64,000 bases of DNA from Balanoglossus misakiensis. Lineage: Eukaryota; Animalia; Hemichordata. A model generated the notes under the pieces. The model was not told where the DNA came from. It searched no databases and was given only the letters and a program-made list of their open reading frames with translations. This document shows positions 11,255-25,800 of the stretch, piece by piece (positions within the stretch are counted from its first letter, which is position 1; each line of letters begins with the position of its first letter). The stretch lies in NCBI GenBank assembly GCA_040954595.2, contig CM082583.2, forward strand, positions 4,331,374 to 4,395,373, in the 5' to 3' direction. Both the position numbers and the translations under genes were made by a program.

Positions 11255-13419
11255 TCACTCAGTTCCTTGAACATCAGAAGCGACTTTGTCTTCTTTGTTA
11301 ACTGGATTTTCTGACTTAGAAGCGTCGGATCTGGAACCGGATGAAACGTCTGAGGTTTCCTGCATGCTTGGTGCGTGTCGTGCCGGTGAACTTGCAGCAG
11401 AAGACGACCCTGATGATCCTTGGTGTTGGTTTGTGCTTGGGATGCTGCCAGACCTGTGTTTGCACACAAAACGTTAAGACAATTATAGCCCCCATGCTTT
11501 GATTAGAATTCAAATCTCTTTGCAACATCAACAAAACACCTGGGGTCCCTCAACACATCTTTGCTGTACACAGCAAAATCTCAGTTGAATAATTCTTTGA
11601 TATTGAAAATGGCTGCAAAGGGTGAGTTACCCCTCTGGAGATGATTAGCATTTTTTTCTGTTCCTCTGATGATACTCATGATAGTTGGAAAGGATAAAAC
11701 CTGCAAATGTACATCATATTTTGCTGATCATAACATACAGTTCCAGCTTCCCAGAGAGTACCATGTTGCCTATATTCACATACATGCCTATGAAAATATC
11801 AAAAATTGTGGCCAATGTATGGATGCTGAAATATTAAATCTAGATAACACTGCCACAACTTGAAGCATAGTTTTTGTTGGCATTGAACATTATGGAAAAC
11901 GCTGAACGTTTAATACATTTTCAAAGAAATTGTTCTATTTTTCTGGCAAATGTAATAACTTTCAGTACCTTGGAGTCTTGATCTTATTCATTTCTTGTTT
12001 CATATGAATGGCTTTCTTGATTTTTTCGTCGATGTCACTGAAGTGTTTCCCGCTCCCGTGCATGCGCTTGACGGCACTGTGCAACAAATTAGACAATTAC
12101 GAGTGTTACTGGTGATGAAGACTTGATTTCTATAATCTCAAATACTGACAGTCAATGCAATGTCAATCATGGCTGTAGTACAAATGTACATGCATTGTTC
12201 ATAGAAAAGTTGGCTAATGTGCTTGTCCATTCAAACTGCTGGGCCCACCTTGTGTCAAGTCATTTGAATGGCCAGAGAGGGCGCTATGTCGACTCTTCGT
12301 TTGGTCAATGACACTATACTGAAAGATGACAAATTTGGCATACACTCCCAACTTCTCAATTTTTCATGGATGTGCTTGAAAACCCTTTTGATTTACATGA
12401 CATTGTCATGTAGCAATTATGGATGATGAGAATGGGATCTTTTATGATGTCACTTCATAGAATATCATCGGCGTTTGAACACGAGAAAAGTACATGTATG
12501 TCACTGAATACTAGTAGAACTAGAAGATATTGCTTGCCAAGTGCTAGAAAATGCAACAGTGCAAGTAAATGTATTTAGATTAATGAACATGTTCTCAAAG
12601 CAACAAAAATACTTGGAAAACTTACTTAGAGGCATAATCTGCATCATAACACATTCCTTGCACTTCTTGCTGTAAATTTTTCATCTCAAGCTGAAAAGGG
12701 ATAGGTTGACTGTAAGAGATCATTTGAATACCACCAGCAATGCTTTCTGAAAGTTTCAATTTTTATCTTAACTGTGCAATAATCCTATTTAACAGACAGC
12801 ATTACATGTTTGAATCAGAATGATTTTGTGTGGGATGAATACACAAATACATTTGTCTCAGGTTACATGGCTTTTCCTGATCTATGGTGCAGTAAAATAT
12901 ACAGAGACAACATCAATGTACTGTGTGTCATATAAGAAAAGATATAGGATAAACCACATGGAAAACACAGAAAGTTTAATCTTGACACAGTTTAGTGTGT
13001 GTCACCTAATCTTTATCAAATTACCAAGAGAATATCAAAATGTGGCTAAGAGCATGGAACAGTTTTCTACAGAGTGACCCATGCAATCTTGCATGCAACT
13101 CTGAATGACTTAAAATGAGAAGAATTATGGCGAATGACTTACCCTCTTCTCTGACAGCACAGGTAGAGTCTTTCGGACATGTTCTTGAAGTCGGTACAAC
13201 GCTAATGATGGTTCATTGGCTACTATGTGCATACTTTCTGAGAACTTTTCAGTCACTGTTGATGTGAAGTGGAAACCAAAATACAGCAATTAATTCTATT
13301 TAAAGTGAAGTGTGAATAATTCGTCACATTTCACTTATAAAAATTGGCTGTTTATGGGAGGTATCACGACACAAATGTCACTTACCCTTTTTGGCTTTGT
13401 AATCCAAATCAGTATCCAT
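11255..13419 (-). CDS. BORCS8: BLOC-1-related complex subunit 8 (MEF2BNB), ~172 aa, 5 coding exons
   Basis: Exons 13386-13419, 13143-13255, 12626-12690, 11969-12076, 11255-11453 join in phase to MDTDLDYKAKKVTEKFSESMHIVANEPSLALYRLQEHVRKTLP...YDADYASNAVKRM..., matching the BORCS8 ANEPSxALYRLQEHVR signature. Confidence 0.93.
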
Positions 13420-15090
13420 GTCTGTAACGAGAAATGTTTTGACAAATATGTGAGGAACATGGTCACTCAAAATTTAAACCTTTCACCCAATTTCCCTCTG
13501 TAGAGATCCACAATTGGGTTATCAAACCATGATGACGAAAGCCTGATAGAGTACACCTCTATCAGGTCTGCCACATTGAAAAGTTATTACTGTCTTAGAT
13601 ATAATGAAGTTTAATATGGAAAATAAATTGCCAGGGAAAATATATTGAAAACATCTACAAGAATTGGCATGTCAATGTAGATAAACTACACGTATTTACC
13701 ATCATACAGAGGGAACTTACGTTCCTAGCTCAATTCCCAGCTGAATGCATTGATTTTAATTTAGCTGTAGCATAGTACATTACCGACCCCCCCCCCCCAA
13801 GGCAAAACGCCATGGACATGCATCTGTATTACGCAGAGGTACTAGATCTTTGAGGTACATACGCGTACCATACATCATAAACCATAAACCACAGTGGGGT
13901 GGTCTGGGTACATTTTAATTCACATCGTTTCTACGCTGGAATTATCGTTGTATGAACGCACAACTTACCATACATGTACCAAGTCAGAATCACCTTCTAT
14001 GTACCCACTAATTACTTTCACAAAGGAGTGACAGCTAGAGAGCGAGAGGAAGAATAAACCGAGAACGCAGGAGGACTCACAATAACCCCGCCGCAGATAG
14101 ATGCTTATCACGGGGCCAGGGTCGGTGTACACCCATATATTAATGCCACGTCCAGTCTGGGGTGCTCTTCATCTAATTAATCAACACACCTTACATGACC
14201 TCTGTTCCCATGCACATCATTTGCACGACGCCCACATCCACTGCTCTGCATATTTGTACAGTGCAGTCTGACCTACCTCTTCTTGATGCCTCAATTCCAG
14301 CAAGAATTTGACTTCCTATGTCAACCATTTCTGTGATCACAAGTCGATGATGATCAACACTGGTCTCACTTTCTATTACATCTCGGTCGATCGCAGGAAT
14401 CTTCCCAAGGTCTTTTCCATTCACTAGGGAAAAACGTCTAACCGGACGTTGGTTGATGGCGCTCTGCAAATCTTTAGTCACAACTGTTCTGGTCACAAGT
14501 ATGTTTAATTATCATAATTTTTTCTCAAACTGCACTACCATTAGCCCGTAAAGATGTATGTAGTGAAGTATATAGAAGTTTTATAAACCCCATTGTATGA
14601 GCGCATATGCAAGTTTTAACCAGATAAATAATAAAGCTTTGCCGCAACAGAGTATGGCCTCAACCGTGGGAAAATGCAAGAAACAATGCATTTCCGACTA
14701 TGAAATTTCATAAACAAAGCATGATCTCATCCACCAGAATTCACGGAAGTAAATGTACTCCGCCGAGACATTATATTTTCATTTTTCATTGCAATATTGC
14801 ACTGTTTAAAAAGTTAAAATTGCAGTAATTTTCGATTTTCTTTATTTTTTGGCAATTTTGTCATAAATAGGTGCTGATCTTGATATACTATCATGAAATG
14901 ACATTTACATGTACCGGTAATAGACATAATTAAAAGCATATATGGGATTATTTAAAACTTATTTTTTTATCCATTTGCAGTGATATATACTGTTTTTGCG
15001 CATGTTAAGAAGTTTAATATCACTATGCACTGAGTTAGGCAACACATTTCTAGCCACTGAGAACAGCCATCCATGCCAAGCACCACTTTT

Positions 15091-15335
15091 ACTTACCAAG
15101 CTGAGGGAACCTAGACAGCCCTTCGTTTACAATTCAAATGCAAATTTCTCTCTGACGACTTCGTTTGCTTCCGGCAAGAAGCCAGACTAGTGACTACTGT
15201 TGTATGTCAGTCGCTGATTTCCACACGCCAGTTCTGTCATCATATTCCATGGCGACGACCGAGTGTGTCCTGACAGTCGAAATCCGTGTTTTGCCGTCTT
15301 AGAGAACCGAAACCAAGGGTAAGGAGAAGGTAAGA
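15091..15335. promoter_or_regulatory. Putative bidirectional promoter and non-coding first exons of BORCS8 (-) and PAM (+)
   Basis: Minus-strand donor GTAAGT at 15091-15096; plus-strand donors GTAAGG (15319) and GTAAGA (15330). The region is CpG-enriched relative to its flanks and carries ETS-like CTTCCGG and YY1-like CCATGGCG motifs. Confidence 0.55.
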
Positions 15336-17890
15336 CGTGCTGATTATACTCTCAGATCTCAATTTTTGATGGCAGTGTCACTGTCAGGCTATGGGTGACT
15401 TGAAAGTTGTTTATTGATTTGACTCGACGGTTCCGTATTTATCAACTAATTTGAACGTTTTCGTGTGTTACTTCTTTGAAGTACGAAGATTTAAGATTTG
15501 AAGACACATAGTCATTCTCTTTGAAAGGGTCGCCGAAATAACGCAGCTATCTACTTTTCAACCGCAGTATTTCACTTCGTAAAATGTACATACGGTCCAC
15601 ATTATGGTCGTGCTTCATGGAAAACGTACTCACGTATATACACGTACAGACCTGTATTACGCGTACAATTATTCCTGCAAATTGGGGGAGGGGGGGGGGG
15701 AATAATGGTATAAATGCTACAGGTTTAATTAGGTATCAAATTAGCTGCATCAGTTTAACCTGGTAATGCGACCACCAAGTTGTCTTTATGAAGTAAATTT
15801 CATTTAAAAAAATGAAAGCTCCACAATTCAGTACGGTTTTTCAATTTACAGTTTTTGCCTTTTTTGAGTACTTTTTTATTTTTTCAAACTTATTACTGAT
15901 CACAGAAACTGAATTGGGTACTGTAGTGCAGTAAACTGTTAAATTAAATCAAATTTTCAAAAATGAATAATTTCTTATACTCACCACAACTGCTGATGGT
16001 TTACCTGTTGTAATTTGTTCAACAGTTTTTGGTTCAAGTTAATTTAAATTCTTAATTAATGAAATTGAAAACCAGATTATAAGAGAAACAACAGGAAGAT
16101 ATATTGCCCCAGATAGCTGCAGTTAACATAATATATTATTAACGATTCAACACAGGCCATTCATGATGCCGCTATTCACTTAAGTGACGGATCTAATCTG
16201 GGGCCACTACAGAAACATTGAACGCAAACATTCCAACTAGATTTTGTGTGAATTTGCCTTTATTTTCCGTTAACAAAATGATTTACAATCATATTTTTGC
16301 TGAATATTGTGAACCGTTCTTGTGATGTCTTCCCAAGCACTTCATTTAATAAAATTCTAAATTTGACATCCTAAAATGTGTATTCACAAGACATGGCTTT
16401 CAGTGGCTGTTTCTAAAAATAGAAACTGGGTCAAGTAGTCTTATTGTAACTGCTGTGATGGTTTATGATCTTTGATTGATATCTGATGAATGACAAATGT
16501 TAATCATCGCCAAATGATAATGATCAATTAAATTAATTAAACATGATTTTCATGAATTTTGGCTGTATAAAACCCAGAATATTCAAGTAATATATCTGCT
16601 ATTTCTAATCTTTTTATTTTCAGAAATAAGCTTTATGCCAACGCCAAACCGTGTCTTGAAAGGAAAGTTCAAAATGTCAGTGAATTGTAAAATATCAGTA
16701 AATTGTTACAGTAAAGTCATGCCACAAATGTTGAAATGTGTGGCGAGGTAGCAGGTATTAATGTTCATATTTTCAAAATGATCAAAAATTGTAAATGTCA
16801 GAATTATACATTTTTTCTAAGATAGCAAAGTCCTTTCAACCATAATGTAAAAGTGCAAAGGAAAATTGTTTGTGCCTTAAAATTCAATAATACAAGTAAA
16901 ATGGTGAAATGTCAAGTTTGCCATTATTAAAATCAAGTTCAGAAACAGAAAAGTGAATGATAGTCTATAGGGGTCATCAAGAAAAACATCTACCGCTATT
17001 GCTACTAATGGCTTTTATTGAAAATGGCCATATGCCATTCCTTTGGAAGTGCAGAGAAACACAATGCTACAGTAGTATTGTATCTATCAAAAAAGGTATT
17101 TTTAATTTAGGTATGTTACAACATGTATTCAAATTTAAGGAAAATCATAGGAACAAAAAAATCAACTCATAACTATTAATTTCACTCACATATAAAAGCA
17201 AATAAAAGCTTTATTTTCCAGTGGATGAATAGTCATTGTGATAGTATCTCTCTTGTGAATGAGAATTGTCAAAAAGTATTGTACATGCGTCATCATATTC
17301 ATTGTGTATTTCATTTAATGCTAATTAGGTGGAAGTGTTGAGAAAGGCAAACACAGGTCACAAAAACATGTTGTTGGTGATCTTCCAGAATTCCTTGGGC
17401 TTTATTTTGAAAGTGTTTTTGGTAATACGTTGAAAACCTCCGAAAAAACAGTAAAAATATTTATGGTAATCTGTAAAATATGAATAGATTTTCAAATTTT
17501 TAGCCCCCATTTGGTATGCGTAACATAAAGGGAAGGGGGATTCTGAGAGTAGTCAGCATCCATTGTCTGTCTGCATGTATTAAAATGTATGAATGTACAT
17601 GTATGTCCATTTACAAGAACGTGAAATCTGCTACATTTTTAAGTTGGTACAAAGTATGTTGAATTTCTTTAATTCACAGAATCACATCAATGGGGACTGA
17701 GGGTGGGGGTTGTAATAACTTAACATAAGACTGTCATTAGACAGATTGCAAATAAGTAAGATACTGTGTGATCGTATTTGGTACTTTCCTATCTGCATTC
17801 AAGAGGCATATTATAGTACATAGCTACTACATGCATATATAGTATTTTGCATCGTGTGCAACAGTCTAATTTTGTAATCGGTACATTGTA

Positions 17891-17989
17891 TTTCACTAAT
17901 TTATCACCAATATAAATGTTATCTTTACATTTCTGGTACCTTGTTTTTCACTAATTTATCACCAAATGTAAATGTCATCCATATATTTC
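17891..17989. repeat. ~55-bp tandem duplication
   Basis: tttcactaatttatcaccaa..taaatgt.atc repeated twice. Confidence 0.6.
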
Positions 17990-19870
17990 TTCAAATAACG
18001 TGTGCCCACGTATTGACGTGCTGATAATTTGAAAGTAGCAGTTGTCAGAACCATAACCTGGCTTACACCTGAAACATACTGTGCTGGACAAAAATGCATG
18101 TGCAGATAATCATGTTAGTTCAACGAAGAAAATTTGTTTCATTCAGATCAAAGCCCCTTTCCTTTAGTGAAACTTCCAAAGTGCAAAGTGTTAATGTCAT
18201 TGGCACAGGGTAATATGTAACAATTTGCCATAATTTTTGATAATTCGTCACTGGCCATATGGTGGCATCCATGATATCGATGAGTAAGTATAACTTTCTA
18301 TGAAACTCCATTTTTGGAGCATTAGATAAAGAACCTGTGAGGCTGTTGTCTGCAGTCGGTCGTTTGTATCCATGATATGTTTGGTGACACTGCCAAGACT
18401 GAATGAAAAATGTCAATTGAGATATCCTTGATACATTTACTAATTGGCATCATTGAAGTCTGCATGGCGTGGTAATTAGCTGTATGTGATCCTATCTAAA
18501 TTTAGTATTAGTTAACTATTACTCATCTTGATGAAGTTCGTGTTTGCAAAACGTACATTATGCAACCAGGATCTTGTCAACAATATACAAGACATGTAAT
18601 ATATCTTACTTCAGAGTAGATTTGGTCCACTTCTGCTCTTGATAATATCTCACATAAATTGACAGTACTTTGACATTTTGACTTCTGACTTATCGAAGTT
18701 CAAAGACGTAGACACCCAGAGAATTGCTTTTAATTGCAATAAATGTTCACATAGAGATTCAGCTAAGGGAGACATCTACAATGTGATATAATCAACATGT
18801 CATTATGTCTTCAATTTACAGATTAGCATCACTGTCTAATGCTTTGAGGTAGTAATTCCCTATACTTGTCACAGTCGTTTTCTTTATTATACCTTTACAT
18901 ATACCTAATACACATGATGCTAGTAGATGTAGCTGTGGGTATAAGTATTGCCAATAGTTTAGTTTGAAACAAGTCTACCTTTTTATCATCATAACTCACT
19001 CACTCACAGATTTGCTTGAAGACAGGAAAGACTGACTTTCATGCGTTGGAAGAGCTATAATTATTAGTAGCAATTAATTAAACTCCGGACATATTTATTA
19101 TAATTTATTATTGTGACATTTGCAAGAAGCATTTCCTGCTGTTTTATGAGAAAAGCTGGATGACATGACGCTTCAGGAAAGAAAGGGGAAGCTTTGGTGT
19201 GATGGTTGGGTTAATTCACAATGTTGTATTATGAGCCTGTCACTTGGATTTAAAAGGGGAAAATATGGTTTCATTCCCTCGCATATTGACATTACTCTTA
19301 CTATTATAAATAGATTATAGTATTTTGAGTCGGGGCTTCAAAGAATGTACAATATTGTTAGCTTTGACTTGGGATATGTATCTAGATTACTATGTGATTG
19401 TAAGAAAATCATTCACTGTATTTTCTAGTTGACTGGTTAGGATGACAACTTGTATTACTCAGTAGGTGCTGGGCAGACATTTTGGTTTCGAAGATAGGCA
19501 GTACCTTTCAGTGCAGCTGGGAAACTGAAAATGGTTGTTTGACTTTATCTAGACTCTCTCATAGCCCCTAGGTTGCCATAATGGTGACTATTCAGCAAGC
19601 TTGACCAGTTGAACAAGCCTGGGTTTTATAGTCCAAAAGGTAAAGTCTTTGAGAAGCCAGTGGGGGGGGGGGGGACTTTCAGCATGTATATCATATAAAA
19701 CAGAAATTGCAAATCCTGGTGTGGTCATGCTGTATCCAATTTTTTATTTTTTTTTATTTTCAGACTGGAGTACTGCTGTAACTGGAATGGAAATCTGAAG
19801 AACTTGAATATCGAAAAAACAGAGGATATTTTCTTTGTATGTGTTCGTAATTTCTTGACATTCTTCGAAG

Positions 19871-22800
19871 ATGGTCACTTCGTTATTTGAGAGACAAACA
19901 ATGGCGGTTGGAAATCAAGCGATGAAGTGTCTTCTGTGCGGTGTGATCCTAGTCTGTGTGTTGATCTCACGCGTACAGTGTGGTCCGTACTACGACAGAC
20001 ACGACAGAGTGGATAAGAACAGGGAACAAGACGAAGCATTTACGTCACAACTGGTCATGCCTGGCGTCTCACCACAAAAGGTAAGACAATTTTCGACCGT
20101 TCATGCAAAAAATTTGCGTAATAACGCAAAGACATATTTTTGTGTTAACACTCAAATTGAACTTCCCTGTGCATACACCACATGGCTAATTTGACAGCTT
20201 TTATCGCCATTTTAATTGAAAATGTGACACTTCATTAACGTGAATGATTAATTCACGAGTGCCTCTTGTACGTCAAACTGAAATAATGTACAGCATGCAG
20301 ACTTGGGTTCACATCCATACACATTTTCATCAGCCTAATGCGTATATGCTGTATATTTTGACAAAAATGATTGATATGGAAAACATTTGGTGAATTTTAT
20401 ACGAAATAAGTAAATATGAATGAAGGAAAATTATTACATTTGAGAAATACAATAATACAGTATATACTCACTTTTTGTTTATTTTCTCATTATGGATCTT
20501 TTATCATGTATTTTCTGGTTTTCACAATAATAAAATATTGATTTGGAATGAAAACCTGTATTTCCAATAAGGGAAAGCTTCAGACATAATTTGGCTCAAG
20601 GTGTCATCACATACTTATTCCATCTGTTTAGAATCTGCAGATATATTATAGTTCCTCTAAAGCCACATTTACTTGCAATATGTCAAAACTGCATTTCTGT
20701 TCCTTGTTTACATAAGTATCAAATAAGGAAACTGTTGGGTTTTTTTCATTGGTGTCTAACCATATACAGTAATGCTGCCTCGCAGCAGAGGCTGTCAGGT
20801 TATCTAACGAAAGTTATTGTAATTTTGCCATGTTGTCAAATGAAGCATAATAACAGCTGTAGTGTTACTGCAGATAGAGAGTACATGAATCTCGCATATC
20901 CATGCCATTACTCAAGATAATGTTCAGCTTTTCAGTCTGTCGCGTGTGACACTGCATTTTAAATTGAATTGCGTACTCCAGGAGTTTAGTGAGATTTTTA
21001 TGAACTCTCAAATTATCAGTCTGAAAACATGCAGCTGCTGGCCCTCAAAGATGTAAAGTGAATGTTTAATTTGCGATAAAACCCTATGAAATTACTGCTT
21101 GTATGATTGCAAAATTGTTCACGTTTTATTGCATCTATATAAAAGGTGCCATCATAAAGATTGCTGCTGTGAATTTTGTGTGCTTTGTTGGTTGAGGGAA
21201 ACAGTTCTTCCATGGTAAATTAATTTTAGTTTCATTCAAACGAAAAAAAAAAATGAAGTGTGCCTTTGATAGTGTTGACTAGTAATAAATTTGTTGAAAT
21301 AAATTTTGGCTATTTTACTTAACATTGAATGATGCTTATTAATGTTATGATATTTATGAAACTTTTTATATTTTAAACCTCAAAAAGATCATTTGCAAAT
21401 TATTTTTCAATGTTCAAAAATAAGAAATTCTGAAGTGTCGTATCACATATATTGTATCTCAAATGAAATTACAGACTCAAGTCAAAGACCGATCTTGAAT
21501 CTGTTTTACCAATTTTGAATAAAAATGTAAATATGAAAGTAATTTATCTAGGTACTCTAATCTGATTCAGTGTATATTAAGCACCTTCATAATCACAGTC
21601 ATTCAGAATTTAGAGCATACATTACATGTTCCAAGATAGATTTTAATGCAGTTGGCAATAAGAGACACTTTGAAAGAGACCTTGGGTGACAGACAGACAG
21701 ACAGACAGACAGAAAGACCAGCAGAATGTTTTCTGAAATAACAATTTCTTGTCTTGATTTTCTCCCTTTATGCAGATTCAATGAATTGCATCATTCAACA
21801 CTCATACATTTCGGTTTTAATGTGACAAGGTATACATGTACAAACATGTGACAGACATTGGAGATATATGTAAAATAATCTTTCTAGTGTACCGGTATAC
21901 CTTCAGGCAACATTGTTATAATATACGTGACATAAAACCATGTACACAGTATATATACAGAAACCCTCATACAATGATTGAGGAACTCTGGTGAAATGTA
22001 CTAGTACTGACTCCATTCCTAGTAACAGAAAGACTACAATGCCCATGAGTAGTCAGAGAAAAGCCAACATCATCTCATCAAATAAAATCTGAAAATATAT
22101 TTACTCAAAGGCCCAGGGGAACAAATATAGACATGAGTGTATTTTATAATATTAATTTATTGATTAAATATAAATGCAATACATGTAGTTTAAAATAGTC
22201 ACATAAAAATCATATTAATCATGGAACTGGTTTGCATGAGTATGATGATTTTAAGAGTTTGTATCAGATAGTAGTTTGTGTAGTAAATTCCATCTTCATT
22301 CATCCCTGGAAGGAGTTACACATTCCAAAATCTCTCTAGTGAATTACGGGTGATGACAGATTGACTTCTCTCTGTTGCCATGATTACCGCATTCTAATCG
22401 TTGCTGTGCGTGATGCGCTACATGAGATGAACGCCTTCCTCTGATCGTTGCCATAGGAACCCTGATGAGATCACCTGCGTGTGGACCTTACGATCAATTT
22501 TCTAGGAGATGTGAATCATGAGATTGAATGCGGTCAGCATGTGTGGACAAAGACTTCTATTTTGCTCCCTCCAAAAAAAACTGATAACATTTTTTTACTT
22601 TGTAGTGTACATACAAAGCTATCAACTTCATCTCAGGTTGAGGTTTTCTGTATTATTAAATGCAATTTTATTGTATTGCCCACATACCAGTGCCGTCCAT
22701 GTTCTGCAGCTGTGATAAAATCATCCACATTATATTCAAAGTGTGGCTGTTTTCTCTGAATGATGGGAAGAATAGATGGAAAATATAACACTCACAGGTG

Positions 22801-25800
22801 TATAATTTCTGTTTTCTCCTCTTCAGTACTTTGTGGAGTTTTTATTTTAAAAACACCTTTAAGGCGTTCACACAAGGACCATTGAAACGTTTCTGATACT
22901 TCTCAGCTCAAATACTGGCATAAAGTGGTCCCGAAACGTCTCAGATATGAGATGGCTTTGCTGGCCAGACCTGTAAAGGATTAACTCCTCTAGACTCCGC
23001 AACATGTTCTCAATAAGGGCTGATCATCAGGGTCTATCGGTATGCTTTAGTTTTGTGGGTGTGGACACAAAGCGACTCAAAGGATTATAATCCACTGTGT
23101 TTACAAATGGCAAATAGTGTCTCTGAAACGTTCTAGTTTTACCCAGTGTGAACATGGTACTTGACAAAGTATTTGACACAATAAAGCAAAATCCTGTCGA
23201 TTGTTATGTCAACTCATCTGCAATCCCTGAAGTCATTCATCTGTAATTACAGTACTACGGGTACATGTACATACATGTCAGAAAATTCTTCCCATCGTTA
23301 TTTATAATTTTGTGAAATAGCGTGACTTTACATGAAATATAATCTTGTATAATTATTATTTCAAAGTGTTTAATCCCATTTTTGTCATTCTATCTTTCAG
23401 CCTGACACATATCTGTGCACTTTTGCTAAAATGCCCGAGCAGGAACTTTTTATAGGTAAGTAGTCTGTCATCAGAAAATCTGTGATTTGACTCTGTGAGT
23501 GAAAAATAAGCTGATGTTTGCACTATTGCACTATGTTGTAAGTAATGTATACAGTGCAACCTGTATCAAATGTGATCCTTTGACCTTTTGGGTGGAAAAT
23601 GCCAAGAACTGCATGTGCTAATGTAGTAGATGGTTCGTATGCCGGCTGCAAATGTTAACGCTTGACCTTCTGAGCTAGCGCAAAAATCCTGCAGGGAAAG
23701 GTCGAACATTTGTTTCTCTTGGTGACCTTGATAGAAACTTTCATACACAGGAACAGTTACCATATGTGCAATCTCGTGTTATCTACATTGTGTTTAAGAC
23801 AAAAATGACATTTTTTGTTCTCTGTATGGAAACTTCTGAATTGCATTTGATTTGAGAGATGTGCTTGTAGGCACAGCCATAAATCCTTGGCTTTTCAGAT
23901 CTGTTTGTAAAATTTATTAATTTTCATTAAAACTATGACTTGCCCTCATTTCAGAGATTTCACTTTCACATTTTCTTTCCACGTGAGGAATCATGTTGAA
24001 AGGAAGTAGAGACATTTCCAAGTCTTTACACAGATCTGTGTTTGTGTCATTCAGGGTTTTCGTATTCAAGCATTTACGAGGAAAAGTCCTACAGTGGCCA
24101 TGTGTGTCCAGTTTTTCACAGGAATTCCACGAATGTCATTGTCATATGTCAAATGAAAAATTGGGGTCCAGATAATACAATTATTGATTTCTGTACATTA
24201 GTTTTGCATATATTTTCACAATGTCCAGGCATTGCAAGTGCTAGTAGGAGCATAGAAACCCGATATATACAGTGAATTTTTTCTTGACATTTCGCAAATC
24301 AACACGTACGACATTTTACTTGGAAGAAAGAAAATTGTGGTAGTCTCAAAAGCTTCTTTTAACTTTTAAGTAACAGCTGTCTATCTAGTTCAAATCTCAA
24401 TTCATATGTATATTTTATTTACATATTTTTATAAAATGTATATTTTAGCTGCAATCGATCTTGGTATGATCTGCTAACTTCCTAATGGAAATTTACAACA
24501 GAATTTAGATACATGTATTTAATTGATGATAAGCCTTGCAAACTTTTCCTGTTTAATATGCAAATATTTTTCCAGCATGTAGTGAAAGTAAATCCAGGTG
24601 AAAATGTAAAATTATGATGGGGTTTGTTATTTATTGGTCTTATTTGTTTATTTGTACAAACACCTGGCACTGAATTATAAATAGAAGTTTCAAATCAAAC
24701 CCAATGAAAAGAAGTGTGTATTAGTAGTATCCATGTACTATTGGTATTCAGAAGATGTACATGCCGTATGGTATAAAGCCAACAGCACAGTTCAAACAAT
24801 TGCACAGATACTGAATGCATATTTCTGTTCATAGATACCATATGTACGATGGTATGTCATGTCAAATATTTAGAAACGGCAACTTTATAAGCAGATTACA
24901 TACAGTATATTGAATGTTGAAGATTCATATGGTGAGAAAGGTGAAACTGGTCCTGAAAAATCCCAGTAGTTCCAGGCTGTACAGCATTTTTAAAATTTGA
25001 CTTTCATTGAATTATCAGTCTAAATAAACCCGGCATTTCTGCCAATTCCTGGCGAGTGTGAAACGTTTGTGACTTCACATCATTTGCAGTGGCATTTAAA
25101 TTATAGTTACAGCTGTAGTCAAAATGTCAGCTAACAAAATTACTCCTGAGAGTATATGTAGTTTTGTGGTTGATTGGACCTGAAAAAAAAGGGAAACAAG
25201 TATGTGGAATATCCTGCTGAGCTTAGGTCTAATTTATTTGACATTTTAAGGAAAAGCAACATTGCACTGTTGCAGATTTTACCAGTTGGTGAACCTAGAA
25301 TTTGAATTGGCCATGGTTCAAACAGACCCATATGCGTAAATGAAAGCAAAACTATACACATTTTCATATGCACCTGTATTTGTACTGCTGTCATGTGACT
25401 TCTGTCATGTGACTTTTTCAGGATCTGTTTCCCTCGGATTACCACAGAGTAATTGCATGCAGCACTTTACATGGATTCCTGAGTAGGCCTAATTTTAGCT
25501 GATTGAAAAGGACCACATTGTGTGCTGTTAGATCATTTGGTGTTCGGCAAATTTAAGTAGTTTTGAAACGTTCAAGGTTAAGACTAGCATGGTAATCATG
25601 AATGGTTCAAAGATGTGTTGATGTAATTTTGACTTGAAAAAACATGACATTCAACTAGCAGTAGCACCCAGTCTAGACTCTTTTAAGAGAAAACTGAAGA
25701 AATATATGTTTCAAAAAGCCTACGGTATGTGAACAACCATCGTGCGCCACTGAACAGAACTTCTGGATTTTGGCGCCATATAAATTTGTTGATTAATTGA

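Noticed and set aside
14191-14496. 101-aa minus-strand ORF in BORCS8 intron 1
   Set aside because: GTG start, no recognisable motif, and no in-frame upstream coding exon.
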